Below, piece after piece: positions 1 to 7,922 of a stretch of DNA of 25,335 nt. Made by a program: the position numbers and the translations under genes. This DNA is from an uncultured archaeon (lineage in GTDB: Archaea; Asgardarchaeota; Thorarchaeia; Thorarchaeales; Thorarchaeaceae). The notes beneath the pieces are model-generated. The model saw only the letters and a list, made by a program, of their open reading frames with translations. It was not told the origin of the DNA and did no database searches. The DNA lies in contig CAZYLT010000025.1 in assembly GCA_964648855.1 (NCBI GenBank), positions 1-25,335 of the forward strand, read 5' to 3'. The number at the start of each line of letters is the position of its first letter. The stretch's first letter is position 1.

Positions 1-82
1 TTTCAGACACGTTGAGGTCACTCAATCCGTCAGAAATAGTTTATCTAGACAACTGCTATCTGAAATGGCTTAGAAAGCGGCT

Positions 83-1213
83 TTAGGAAACCTGCCTAAT
101 CTTTTGGAGAATTTCACTGGGCAACTGTGGCATTCCTGCGGGTTTAGCCATAAGATGAACTGGCGTTGTACCTGCCTCCGGTCGTACGCTATGGTAGACC
201 TGTCCAAGATTCTGTTCAGGAACGATAATCTCTCTGACCTTGGTTGCCAAGTCTGCAACCAACTTCGCTGGAAACGGCCAAACCGTCTTCAGTCTGAGCA
301 GTCCCGCTTTGATTCCCTCCTCTCGAGCGCCCTTTATTGCCTTCTTAGCGCTTCGGGACGGGGTACCATAAGCAATGACGGCTATTTCCGCATCATCTAG
401 CATGAATTCCTCGTATTCTGAGATTTCATCTATATTTTTCAGAATCTTGTCATTCAGTCGAGTAACAAGCTCAATCTGAGGTTTCTCTTTGTCTGTGGGA
501 TAACCTCTCTCATCATGGGTCAGGCCGGTGGCGTAAAATTGGTATTTGGACCCAAAGACAGCCATTGGTGGCACTAAATCATCATCAGGCTTGAAGGGTA
601 AGTATTCCTCTGGATCAACAGTGGGTTGCTTCCTGTTAACAATCTCGATATCTTTCTCATCAGGGATGACAAGTCTCTCACGCATGTGTCCAACAGTCTC
701 GTCCGCGAGTACAAATACAGGACATCGGTACTTCTCTGCAAGATTGAATGCCTTGACGGTCTGATCGAACATCTCCTGTACAGATGCGGGTGTCAGGGCT
801 ATGATTTGATAGTCACCGTGACTTCCCCATTTTGCCTGCATAATATCTCCCTGCTGCCCTCTTGTCGGCTGCCCAGTACTTGGTCCACCTCGCATAATGT
901 TTACCAATACCAAGGGAGTTTCGGTCATGACTGCAAGTCCAATAGCCTCCAGCATTAGGCTGACTCCAGGACCTGATGTGGCTGTCATTGCTTTTGCCCC
1001 GGTCCATGATGCACCGATGACACTTGTAATAGATGCAATCTCGTCTTCGTACTGAACATATGCTCCTCCTAGCTCAGGCATACGCTGGGCCATCCATTCT
1101 GCAATCTCTGTTGCTGGTGTTATGGGATATCCCCCAAAGTACCGACACCCTGCAGCTAGTGCGCCTTCAGCACAGGCAACATCCCCCATTGTGAACATCT
1201 CACGTTTAGCCAT
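83..1213 (-). CDS. korA: 2-oxoacid:ferredoxin oxidoreductase alpha subunit (KorA/VorB-like)
   Basis: 376 aa with the GYPITPATEI motif, EDEIASITSVIGASWTGAKAMTATSGPG, MRGGPSTG and a C-terminal PEQNLGQ; directly downstream of a delta ferredoxin. Substrate specificity cannot be determined from sequence. Confidence 0.92.
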   Translation of the reverse strand: MAKREMFTMGDVACAEGALAAGCRYFGGYPITPATEIAEWMAQRMPELGGAYVQYEDEIASITSVIGASWTGAKAMTATSGPGVSLMLEAIGLAVMTETPLVLVNIMRGGPSTGQPTRGQQGDIMQAKWGSHGDYQIIALTPASVQEMFDQTVKAFNLAEKYRCPVFVLADETVGHMRERLVIPDEKDIEIVNRKQPTVDPEEYLPFKPDDDLVPPMAVFGSKYQFYATGLTHDERGYPTDKEKPQIELVTRLNDKILKNIDEISEYEEFMLDDAEIAVIAYGTPSRSAKKAIKGAREEGIKAGLLRLKTVWPFPAKLVADLATKVREIIVPEQNLGQVYHSVRPEAGTTPVHLMAKPAGMPQLPSEILQKIRQVS

Positions 1214-1214
1214 G

Positions 1215-1559
1215 CTAGTCTTCCTCCTCCCCTTGTTCCATCAACTCAGGAATCAGAGTATTCTCCTCAAGGGCGCCATCATTAATGGCTCTTTGGGCCT
1301 CATCTTTATCAGCAAGAAAAATTGCCATATCAGGGCATATGCGCTCACAGAATCCACAATTAACACACGCATCGATGTCACAGGCAGTAACGGGATGATA
1401 CCCCTTCTTGTTGTACTTCGACATGTCAAAACATAGAACATTCTTTGGGCAGAATGTTATGCAGAGCTCGCACTGCTTGCACTGCTCCTGCAGTATCACG
1501 AGTACCTTTTGTCGCGTACGTCTGGGTTTTGGTGTAATTGGCTTTCGTGCCGTTGACAT
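1215..1559 (-). CDS. korD: 2-oxoacid:ferredoxin oxidoreductase delta subunit, 2x[4Fe-4S] ferredoxin
   Basis: CKQCELCITFCP and CVNCGFCERICP motifs. Start revised to the ATG at 1559 (MSTARK...), with GAGGAG SD at 1569-1574. 1-nt gap to korA. Confidence 0.85.
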   Translation of the reverse strand: MSTARKPITPKPRRTRQKVLVILQEQCKQCELCITFCPKNVLCFDMSKYNKKGYHPVTACDIDACVNCGFCERICPDMAIFLADKDEAQRAINDGALEENTLIPELMEQGEEED

Positions 1560-1573
1560 CGCTAACTTCTCCT

Positions 1574-1666
1574 CGAGCAGCACGGACAGCTTCACGAGCC
1601 GCTATCCATGACCCGGAGCATTTACCAAGACAATTGCCAGTCTGGCTGGTGATGGCCTGAATGCTC
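1574..1666 (-). promoter_or_regulatory. Candidate structured 5' leader of the korD-korA operon
   Basis: Minus-strand stems GAGCAUU/AAUGCUC (1666-1660 / 1622-1616) and CAUGGAUAGC/GCUGUCCGUG (1610-1601 / 1590-1581). The second extends via CGGGU/GCUCG to the first base of the SD. The G-U pairs work only on the mRNA strand. Confidence 0.4.
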
Positions 1667-1793
1667 GGCTATTTAGACCTTGCCTTGGGGGATATGAAAT
1701 CTCCAAATGGTTTTTGTAGTTTCTGTGTCTGGTATGCGATATTCAGCATGAGCAGAGTTAAAGGAACTCCCACATACGTCGGGAATATTAGAA

Positions 1794-2276
1794 TTGGAGG
1801 AGCTAGACTTGTCGGAAGATGATAACTTGTCAGAAACTGAACTGGCAAAGCAAATCAAAGGCAAGACATTGCGTGTATATTGGTATATGCTCCGCCACCC
1901 ACAACCAATGACCGCACGAGAGATACAACATGGTACGAATCTCTCTAGTCCCTCGCTCTCCATGCACCATCTGGAGAAAATGAAAAACCTCGGGGTTGTA
2001 GAGAAAGATGTGCATGGACAGTATACCATCAAGAGGGATGTTCGCGTTGGTTTACTGAATCTTTTCATAGGCCGTGGCCGGCTGCTTGTTCCTCGATTTC
2101 TATTCTATGCAACATTCTTCACATCTGCCACCGCAGCTCTATCCACGATGCTTTGGCAATTTCTTGAATGGTATTCTGTCATTCTTATACTATTGTTGGT
2201 CCTAGCTTGCATAATACTCTGGTATGAAGCGCTTACTATTTGGAGAGAACAACCATTTCCGGAGGGAACCGAATGA
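1794..2276 (+). CDS. Membrane-anchored winged-helix (ArsR-like) transcriptional regulator
   Basis: N-terminal wHTH (KGKTLRVYWYML...MTAREIQHGTNLSSPSLSMHHLEKMKNLGVVEKDVHGQY), then two hydrophobic helices (FLFYATFFTSATAALSTMLW; YSVILILLLVLACIILWY). TTG start. Confidence 0.8.
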   Translation: MEELDLSEDDNLSETELAKQIKGKTLRVYWYMLRHPQPMTAREIQHGTNLSSPSLSMHHLEKMKNLGVVEKDVHGQYTIKRDVRVGLLNLFIGRGRLLVPRFLFYATFFTSATAALSTMLWQFLEWYSVILILLLVLACIILWYEALTIWREQPFPEGTE

Positions 2277-3268
2277 GTTCTAAAATTAGAACTATTTACC
2301 TAGAATATACTCGTAAGGCTGAGCGAGCAATAATGAAATCATTGAAGAGCAAGTCCGGCGCACGTTTTTTAAATGGAGGAAACTTCTATTCTGCTCTGGC
2401 TATTCTCTTTGTCATATCATTATCACTTTCATTAGTATTTGGAACTAGCTCCTATCTTCATTTTCCACAGAATCAAGAGCAAGAACAAATGCTTGCTGCT
2501 GAACTGCCGACACTTAGCCTCTCCTACTACTCAAATTGGAATGACACTCTCATTCCGGTAGATTCAGGGGATAGAATCTCGGGCGACCACATTGTTCTCA
2601 ATGTCACTTGGAGTCCCTCGGAAAATGCGAATGGTTCACTCATTGAGGTTAATGCCACAGCAATTCCAATGGTAATCAGTGAATCAACTAATGAATCATC
2701 TGTTGAAATCGATACTAGAGCGCTCGGAAACAATGCAACCGTGAAAATCAACTGCACAACATGGTTGACAAATGGTACCCCCATCTCACAGATTATTGAT
2801 AACGTATTTTTGGGCAACTTCTTCAAACCCCATGTTGAGCTTGTCAGCCCTAATGGTGGCGAAGTGTGGACTGGAATTCATAACATCACCTGGCAGGCAT
2901 GGGATAACAACACGCAAGAGTCTCTAACGTTTGAAGTCTTACTATCTTCTGATGGTGGAATGACCTTCCAATTACTGGAATCCGACCTTACAACAACTTG
3001 GGTCGAATGGGATACTAACGGTTTCTCCAATCTGTCTACATATATGGTGCAAGTTCGTGCAAGTGATGGTATATACATCACAACTGATACTTCGGACTCG
3101 CCTTTTACAGCAGGTAATGTAGATACAGGTCCGCCCTCGGGTACTACCACAAGCACGATTACAAATGACATTGAAGAACTCCGCACTGCTTTATTTATCG
3201 CTGCAGCGATTATTCTGAGCGCTCTCTTTGCTGTAATAGTCTATTATTTGGCCAAGAGGGAATTCTAG
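2273..3268 (+). CDS. Membrane-anchored cell-surface glycoprotein with Ig-like (SPNGGE-type) beta domain
   Basis: ATG at 2273 overlaps the regulator stop (ATGA), with GGAGGG SD at 2261-2266. N-terminal TM/signal helix, beta-rich extracellular part with SPNGGEVW and about 11 N-x-S/T sequons, Thr-rich linker, C-terminal TM plus short basic tail. Confidence 0.75.
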   Translation: MSSKIRTIYLEYTRKAERAIMKSLKSKSGARFLNGGNFYSALAILFVISLSLSLVFGTSSYLHFPQNQEQEQMLAAELPTLSLSYYSNWNDTLIPVDSGDRISGDHIVLNVTWSPSENANGSLIEVNATAIPMVISESTNESSVEIDTRALGNNATVKINCTTWLTNGTPISQIIDNVFLGNFFKPHVELVSPNGGEVWTGIHNITWQAWDNNTQESLTFEVLLSSDGGMTFQLLESDLTTTWVEWDTNGFSNLSTYMVQVRASDGIYITTDTSDSPFTAGNVDTGPPSGTTTSTITNDIEELRTALFIAAAIILSALFAVIVYYLAKREF

Positions 3269-4167
3269 CGGTTCTGCAGTGCCTTTTCAAGAAATGGATT
3301 TGTGTTAATGACATGCTTATGCAGACCTAGGCTCTCTGGATCCAAACCAAGTGCTAGACCAAGCAATTGTGTGTAGTAGATTACAGGTATCTGATACTTT
3401 TTCTCGCCTAGTTCTTTGTTAAGCTGTGCCTGTGACGCCTCATATTGTAGGTGACAAAATGAACACACATTGACCAAGCAGTCAACGCCCTCATCAATTA
3501 GGATATCCAGTTTATCCTTTGCGATGTCTACTGAAACCGGAACGTTACTGCCTCTTACTCCACCGCCAGCACCGCAGCAGATATATTTATCGCGATAATC
3601 GATACTCTCAGCCCCGGTCGCCTCTACAAGCTCATCCAAAAACACATGGCGATATTTGTTTTCCCAAGGTCGAAGCTTACTAGGTTTCAAAAGATGGCAT
3701 CCGTAATGAACGGCCGCTTTGATATGCTCCAGTGGATGAGTGACCATCTCTCTAATTTTCTCGTGCCCAATCTCGTAAATCAACTCAATGATATGTCTGG
3801 CTTCAACTTCTGCGTTATACTTGAGGCCAATTTCCTTCAGATGCTTTTGCACTTCCTTGAGGCGCTTCGGTTGATCGCGGACAATATGAAGTGCATCCTT
3901 GAATGTACCATAGCAACCATTGCATCCAGTTACAATATCGTGACCCGCATTTTCAGCCAATGCTAGATTTCGAGATGCCAAAGCCAGCCAAGTTGGTTCA
4001 TTGAACGACCTTATGACTCCCGGAGCTGGGCAACAGCTTGCACCCTCTAGTTCTTCTAGTTCGATACCGAGTTGAGGCAAAACTGTTCTGATACTCTTCT
4101 CTATATTTGGGAATCTATTTGGCATTACACAGCCCAAAAAGAATGAATATGTTTGGCTCTCTGTCAT
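3265..4167 (-). CDS. hdrB: Heterodisulfide reductase subunit B (copy 1)
   Basis: Two CCG domains: GC...SCCPAPG...GCNGC and HYGCHLLKP...CCGAGGG...CSFCHLQ. Stop overlaps the convergent gene's stop (CTAG). Confidence 0.93.
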   Translation of the reverse strand: MTESQTYSFFLGCVMPNRFPNIEKSIRTVLPQLGIELEELEGASCCPAPGVIRSFNEPTWLALASRNLALAENAGHDIVTGCNGCYGTFKDALHIVRDQPKRLKEVQKHLKEIGLKYNAEVEARHIIELIYEIGHEKIREMVTHPLEHIKAAVHYGCHLLKPSKLRPWENKYRHVFLDELVEATGAESIDYRDKYICCGAGGGVRGSNVPVSVDIAKDKLDILIDEGVDCLVNVCSFCHLQYEASQAQLNKELGEKKYQIPVIYYTQLLGLALGLDPESLGLHKHVINTNPFLEKALQNR

Positions 4168-4170
4168 CTC

Positions 4171-4716
4171 TTACTCTTCCTCTCCTTGCCTCTCAATCAG
4201 CTTCTTGAAGCCAGTTATATCCATGAGCTTCTTGACATCCTTCAGCGCCTCTTCATGAGAATGGACTGTTTCAGGCACTTCGTCTAGTCCTAATTCCCCT
4301 CTCATCTCTTGGTTAGCCTCATCCAGGGGAACCGCGTGTCCTGTGTCCAATAGTTTCTGCGAAACCTTCTTGTGTTGTGGAAGCATGTAACCTTCTTCAA
4401 CTGCCATATTTCGCAAAATCACTATGGCATCCGTGACCTTGATTTGTCTGGGGCACCTTTCAAGGCATGTTAGGCAAGTTGAACACAGCCATAAATCTGG
4501 GCTCGACAAGACATCATCCTTCAGTCCCAAAATCGCTTTCCTCATCAACTCCCTTGTTCTGAATGCGGTCCTTCGACCGCTTGGGCAAACGCTTGAGCAT
4601 GTCCCACATTGAATGCATGTCTTTATTCTATCTGCTCCAGCATCCACCACTCTCTCTACAAAATCAGGGTCAAACCTATCGGAGTCGATTGTTTCGCGTT
4701 TAATTGAATCGGTCAT
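4171..4716 (-). CDS. hdrC: Heterodisulfide reductase subunit C (copy 1)
   Basis: CIQCGTCSSVCP and LWLCSTCLTCLERCP; immediately upstream of hdrB. Confidence 0.93.
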   Translation of the reverse strand: MTDSIKRETIDSDRFDPDFVERVVDAGADRIKTCIQCGTCSSVCPSGRRTAFRTRELMRKAILGLKDDVLSSPDLWLCSTCLTCLERCPRQIKVTDAIVILRNMAVEEGYMLPQHKKVSQKLLDTGHAVPLDEANQEMRGELGLDEVPETVHSHEEALKDVKKLMDITGFKKLIERQGEEE

Positions 4717-4809
4717 TGGAAGCCCTCTGGCGGCCTTTTCGATACCGGCCCAGACGAAAGGAGTGTTATAAGAATGGCGCTTCTGACAACGCAGCTATTG
4801 ACTTTTTTC

Positions 4810-5877
4810 TCAATCGTACGCATATTCTGCATTAGATAGAAGGGTTTTGTTTCCAATCCTAACATTTGTCAATCCTGAATCTTTCGCGATGCGCAAGGCG
4901 ATGTCAGCATGTTTTTTGCTTGTTCTTGGCAGATCCTTCATTTGAAGATGGGGCATGAATCCTAAGAGAGATGTCGGTATAGTTACATCGAGGCTTGCAA
5001 TGAATTCAGTCAGTTTCCGAACCTCGTTTGCCCCTACATATCCAGGAATAAGAAGGATACTAGCAACCAAAAACTCTCCCTCACAGTCCTTGCCCATCTG
5101 GGCGAGCTTCCTAAAATTGTTGATTACAGTTGTGTTAGATACACCTGTTAGAGCTGTATATAGGCTGGGAGTAATGGCTTTGAGGTCAATCTTTATCGTA
5201 CCACCAGATTTTCTAACAATGTCTGCTATATTGCGTAGCCATTTTCCTGAGATGTTTCCATTTGTTTCATAGCATATAGCCACTCCTGCTTCTTCCATCA
5301 AGAGTTGTGCCGTCCTCTGCGAGTGCTGTGGATTACAGGATGGGTCTCCGCCAAAGAAGCAGACACACGCTGTTCTGCTATCCGCAATATCTGCTAGTTG
5401 TTTGGGAGTCAATCGAGGTTCTCCCAACTTCATCATTCTTCTATAGCTTGAATTTTGACAAAAAAGGCAATCCGAATTGCAGGAGCCGTAGAAGACAGCT
5501 AGATTCTTCAGACCAATTCCGCATTTATCTTTCACTGGACAAATCCAATCTGCAACACAATTTGTCGGTAGTGGGTCAAAATACCACCTGACTGGTGCGC
5601 TATCCGAATGCTTTCTGACCACTTCCGAATCAACAACCTCTCTTAAATGACAAAATCCAAAATCGCCTTCATTCATTTCACAATGATTTCCGCAGTCAGA
5701 GCATACTATATTACCCTTTGATGGAGGTTCAGGAACCAAACCAGCTTGTATCCTTGTGTTTATGTGTGCTGCAAGTGCTGTTTCTATAAGAACCGGGTCA
5801 CTAGAAATACAAGAGCCACAGTACCCAATAGAAGCCGATGCTAGCATACCATCTTTATCATGATTCGGACATCTCAT
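4810..5877 (-). CDS. Radical SAM protein, PflA/COG1180-like with Cys-rich N-terminal extension
   Basis: CNSDCLFC (CxxxCxxC), FFGGDP, YETNGN, IKIDLKA; N-terminal CGSC, CSDCGNHC...GFC and DPLPTNCVADWICP. ATG at 5877 (alternative TTG at 5880). Confidence 0.85.
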   Translation of the reverse strand: MRCPNHDKDGMLASASIGYCGSCISSDPVLIETALAAHINTRIQAGLVPEPPSKGNIVCSDCGNHCEMNEGDFGFCHLREVVDSEVVRKHSDSAPVRWYFDPLPTNCVADWICPVKDKCGIGLKNLAVFYGSCNSDCLFCQNSSYRRMMKLGEPRLTPKQLADIADSRTACVCFFGGDPSCNPQHSQRTAQLLMEEAGVAICYETNGNISGKWLRNIADIVRKSGGTIKIDLKAITPSLYTALTGVSNTTVINNFRKLAQMGKDCEGEFLVASILLIPGYVGANEVRKLTEFIASLDVTIPTSLLGFMPHLQMKDLPRTSKKHADIALRIAKDSGLTNVRIGNKTLLSNAEYAYD

Positions 5878-5997
5878 CAAACCAACTACTTATCGAAACA
5901 CGATTAATCTTGTCATTATATGTGTCAAGGGAAAGGTTGATTTAACAATGGATTTAAGGCAAGATTCCAAGCGCAGGCCCGTAGTCGGTGTATCAAT

Positions 5998-6549
5998 GTG
6001 ACAACAGCCGAAGAGAAGCCAGCAATATCAATTGATGACCTTAACTCTGACTTTGTTAGTATGGTCAAAAGAGCGGGAGGTCCGAATATTCAGAGCTGCT
6101 ATCAGTGCGGAACTTGCAGCGGCAGTTGTCCCGCTGGGGCGCGGACGAATTTTCTCGTTCGGGGAATTATTCGAAAGGCACTGCTTGGCCTAAAAGAAGA
6201 GTGTCTAAAAGCTCCCGAGCTTTGGTATTGTACTACTTGCTATACCTGTACTGATCGATGTCCACAGGACGTGACCCCTACTGAGGTTATCAAGGCAATT
6301 CGAAATATCGCGGTGGCGGAGGGTTATATGCTCCAACCACATCAGAAGGTTGCCCAGAAAGTCTTGGAGTCTGGTCACGCGGTCCCCTTAGATAAAGACA
6401 CTTGGGCAAAATTACGAGAAAATGTTGGCTTACCCAGTAGACCTCCAAATGCCAGTACCCATCCTGAGGCAATTGAGGAGGTTCAGAAGCTGGCCAAGAA
6501 GACGGGATTTGATATTCTCGTACAAGACAAACAAGATGATGACGAGTGA
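5998..6549 (+). CDS. hdrC: Heterodisulfide reductase subunit C (copy 2)
   Basis: CYQCGTCSGSCP and LWYCTTCYTCTDRCP; GTG start. Confidence 0.93.
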   Translation: MTTAEEKPAISIDDLNSDFVSMVKRAGGPNIQSCYQCGTCSGSCPAGARTNFLVRGIIRKALLGLKEECLKAPELWYCTTCYTCTDRCPQDVTPTEVIKAIRNIAVAEGYMLQPHQKVAQKVLESGHAVPLDKDTWAKLRENVGLPSRPPNASTHPEAIEEVQKLAKKTGFDILVQDKQDDDE

Positions 6550-6555
6550 TTCGTG

Positions 6556-7500
6556 ATGGCTAAGAAAGAGCAATTCATGCATTTTTTGGGCTGCATAATT
6601 CCCCACAGATATCCGAGCATTCAGAAGGCTACTGAGATAGTCTTTGAGGACTTGGGAATGGAGCTCTTGGATATGGAAGGGGCTACCTGTTGTCCCGCGC
6701 CTGGTGTCTTCGGATCATTCGACAAGGAGACATGGGCAACCATCGCGGCAAGGAACCTCACTATTGCAGAAGAGGCTAACGCTGCCATTACAACTGGCTG
6801 CAATGGCTGTTTTGCCAGTCTATGGGATGCAAATCACGAGTTAAAGCATGATGATGAACTGCGAGAAAAAGTCAATGAGAATCTTGCAGTAATTGGTCGC
6901 GAATTCAAAGGCACAATCGAAGTCACTCATTACGTCGACGCGTTGGTAGACACTGCCGGTCTAGAGAAGATAAGAAAGCGAGTGACGCGACCGTTGAAAG
7001 ATGTACGAATGGCACTGCATCCTGGTTGTCATTGGATGCGACCAAAGGCTGTCAAACAGAAGGACGATTCGGAAAGACCACATATCTTCCGTGAGCTCTG
7101 CGAAACTACTGGTGCTACATACGTACCATACAAGGACGAACTCATGTGTTGTGGAGCTGGTGGAGCAGTCAGGACAGCTGATGTAGAGGTAGCTCTTGAC
7201 TTCACAAAGCAGAAGTTCGATAGTATTGAAGCAGCTGGGGGCGCTGATGTCATCGTTACTCCTTGTCCATTTTGCGAACTACAGCTAGATTTGGGTCAGG
7301 TAGAAATTCAGAAGTATTTCGATGTGAAGTATGTATATGATGTTCTTCATGTCACAGAGATGTTGGCTTTAGCTTTCGGACATAATCCTGATGAATTTGG
7401 CCTCAAGACACATCTGCAATATATGCAGCGCAAGAGTGAACCCAACTGGAAAAAGATTGGTCTTCCAGATATGCTGACGGCTTCCGAATCATCAGATTAG
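6556..7500 (+). CDS. hdrB: Heterodisulfide reductase subunit B (copy 2)
   Basis: GC...TCCPAPG...GCNGC and HPGCH...CCGAGG...CPFC. ATG at 6556 (alternative GTG at 6553). Confidence 0.93.
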   Translation: MAKKEQFMHFLGCIIPHRYPSIQKATEIVFEDLGMELLDMEGATCCPAPGVFGSFDKETWATIAARNLTIAEEANAAITTGCNGCFASLWDANHELKHDDELREKVNENLAVIGREFKGTIEVTHYVDALVDTAGLEKIRKRVTRPLKDVRMALHPGCHWMRPKAVKQKDDSERPHIFRELCETTGATYVPYKDELMCCGAGGAVRTADVEVALDFTKQKFDSIEAAGGADVIVTPCPFCELQLDLGQVEIQKYFDVKYVYDVLHVTEMLALAFGHNPDEFGLKTHLQYMQRKSEPNWKKIGLPDMLTASESSD

Positions 7501-7659
7501 CATAGCTCTTCAACTATCCGAATTAACAAGCTATTATACAGCCATATTTATTCCCACGTATAGCTATCTATGATGAAGCAGGTTTTGTATCAAAACGAAT
7601 CTCAATATCACTCATGTCATCAATCTGTTTGTTACTCTCCCGTGAGCGAATTCGCGTCA

Positions 7660-7830
7660 AGTATACGCGTGTATATAACCGAGCCGCCTTCATACTATTC
7701 TTGTATTATGTGGGCAATATATAACTCCCACAGTTTCTGGGTCATGCTATGGCTGTGTTTCGCGCCATTGACCGTCGAATAATCGAGTCATCCTTTTATT
7801 TCATGACCCGTCAGCTCATCTATGGAGCTA
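7660..7830 (+). promoter_or_regulatory. Promoter/operator region and candidate structured RNA upstream of hdrA-mvhD
   Basis: TATATAAC at 7672-7679 and 7718-7725. TGTGGG-N12-CCCACA inverted repeat (7709-7732) around the second TATA. Multibranch fold closed by GGGTCATG/CATGACCC (7739-7746 / 7802-7809). Confidence 0.4.
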
Positions 7831-7922
7831 CCACATCATCAACCCAATCAACGCGCAATGACAAACATTTTATCATACAGGTAGAGCTTGCCTCGCCTAA
7901 CAGCCGTGGAGTGAAATCAGGA

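Noticed and set aside
1-82. Possible korB start (GTG at 10, minus strand) and imperfect hairpin at 30-63
   Set aside because: Only three codons are in the window; the hairpin is weak and AT-rich.
4723-4771. GC-rich hairpin overlapping the hdrC1 SD
   Set aside because: Short, and the TTATAA box at 4766-4771 would place the TSS inside it.
7570-7782. 70-aa ORF in the hdrB2-hdrA gap
   Set aside because: No SD or recognisable motif; overlaps TATA boxes and palindromes.
7749-7810. Fluoride riboswitch or tRNA identity for the structured element
   Set aside because: Lacks the GAUG core and pseudoknot of the fluoride riboswitch, and has no TTC T-loop or four-arm cloverleaf.
7749-7922. 58-aa N-terminal extension of HdrA in the ORF track
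   Set aside because: Not HdrA-like; the ATG at 7923 has an SD-like GGAGTGA and sits just before the FAD-binding motif.
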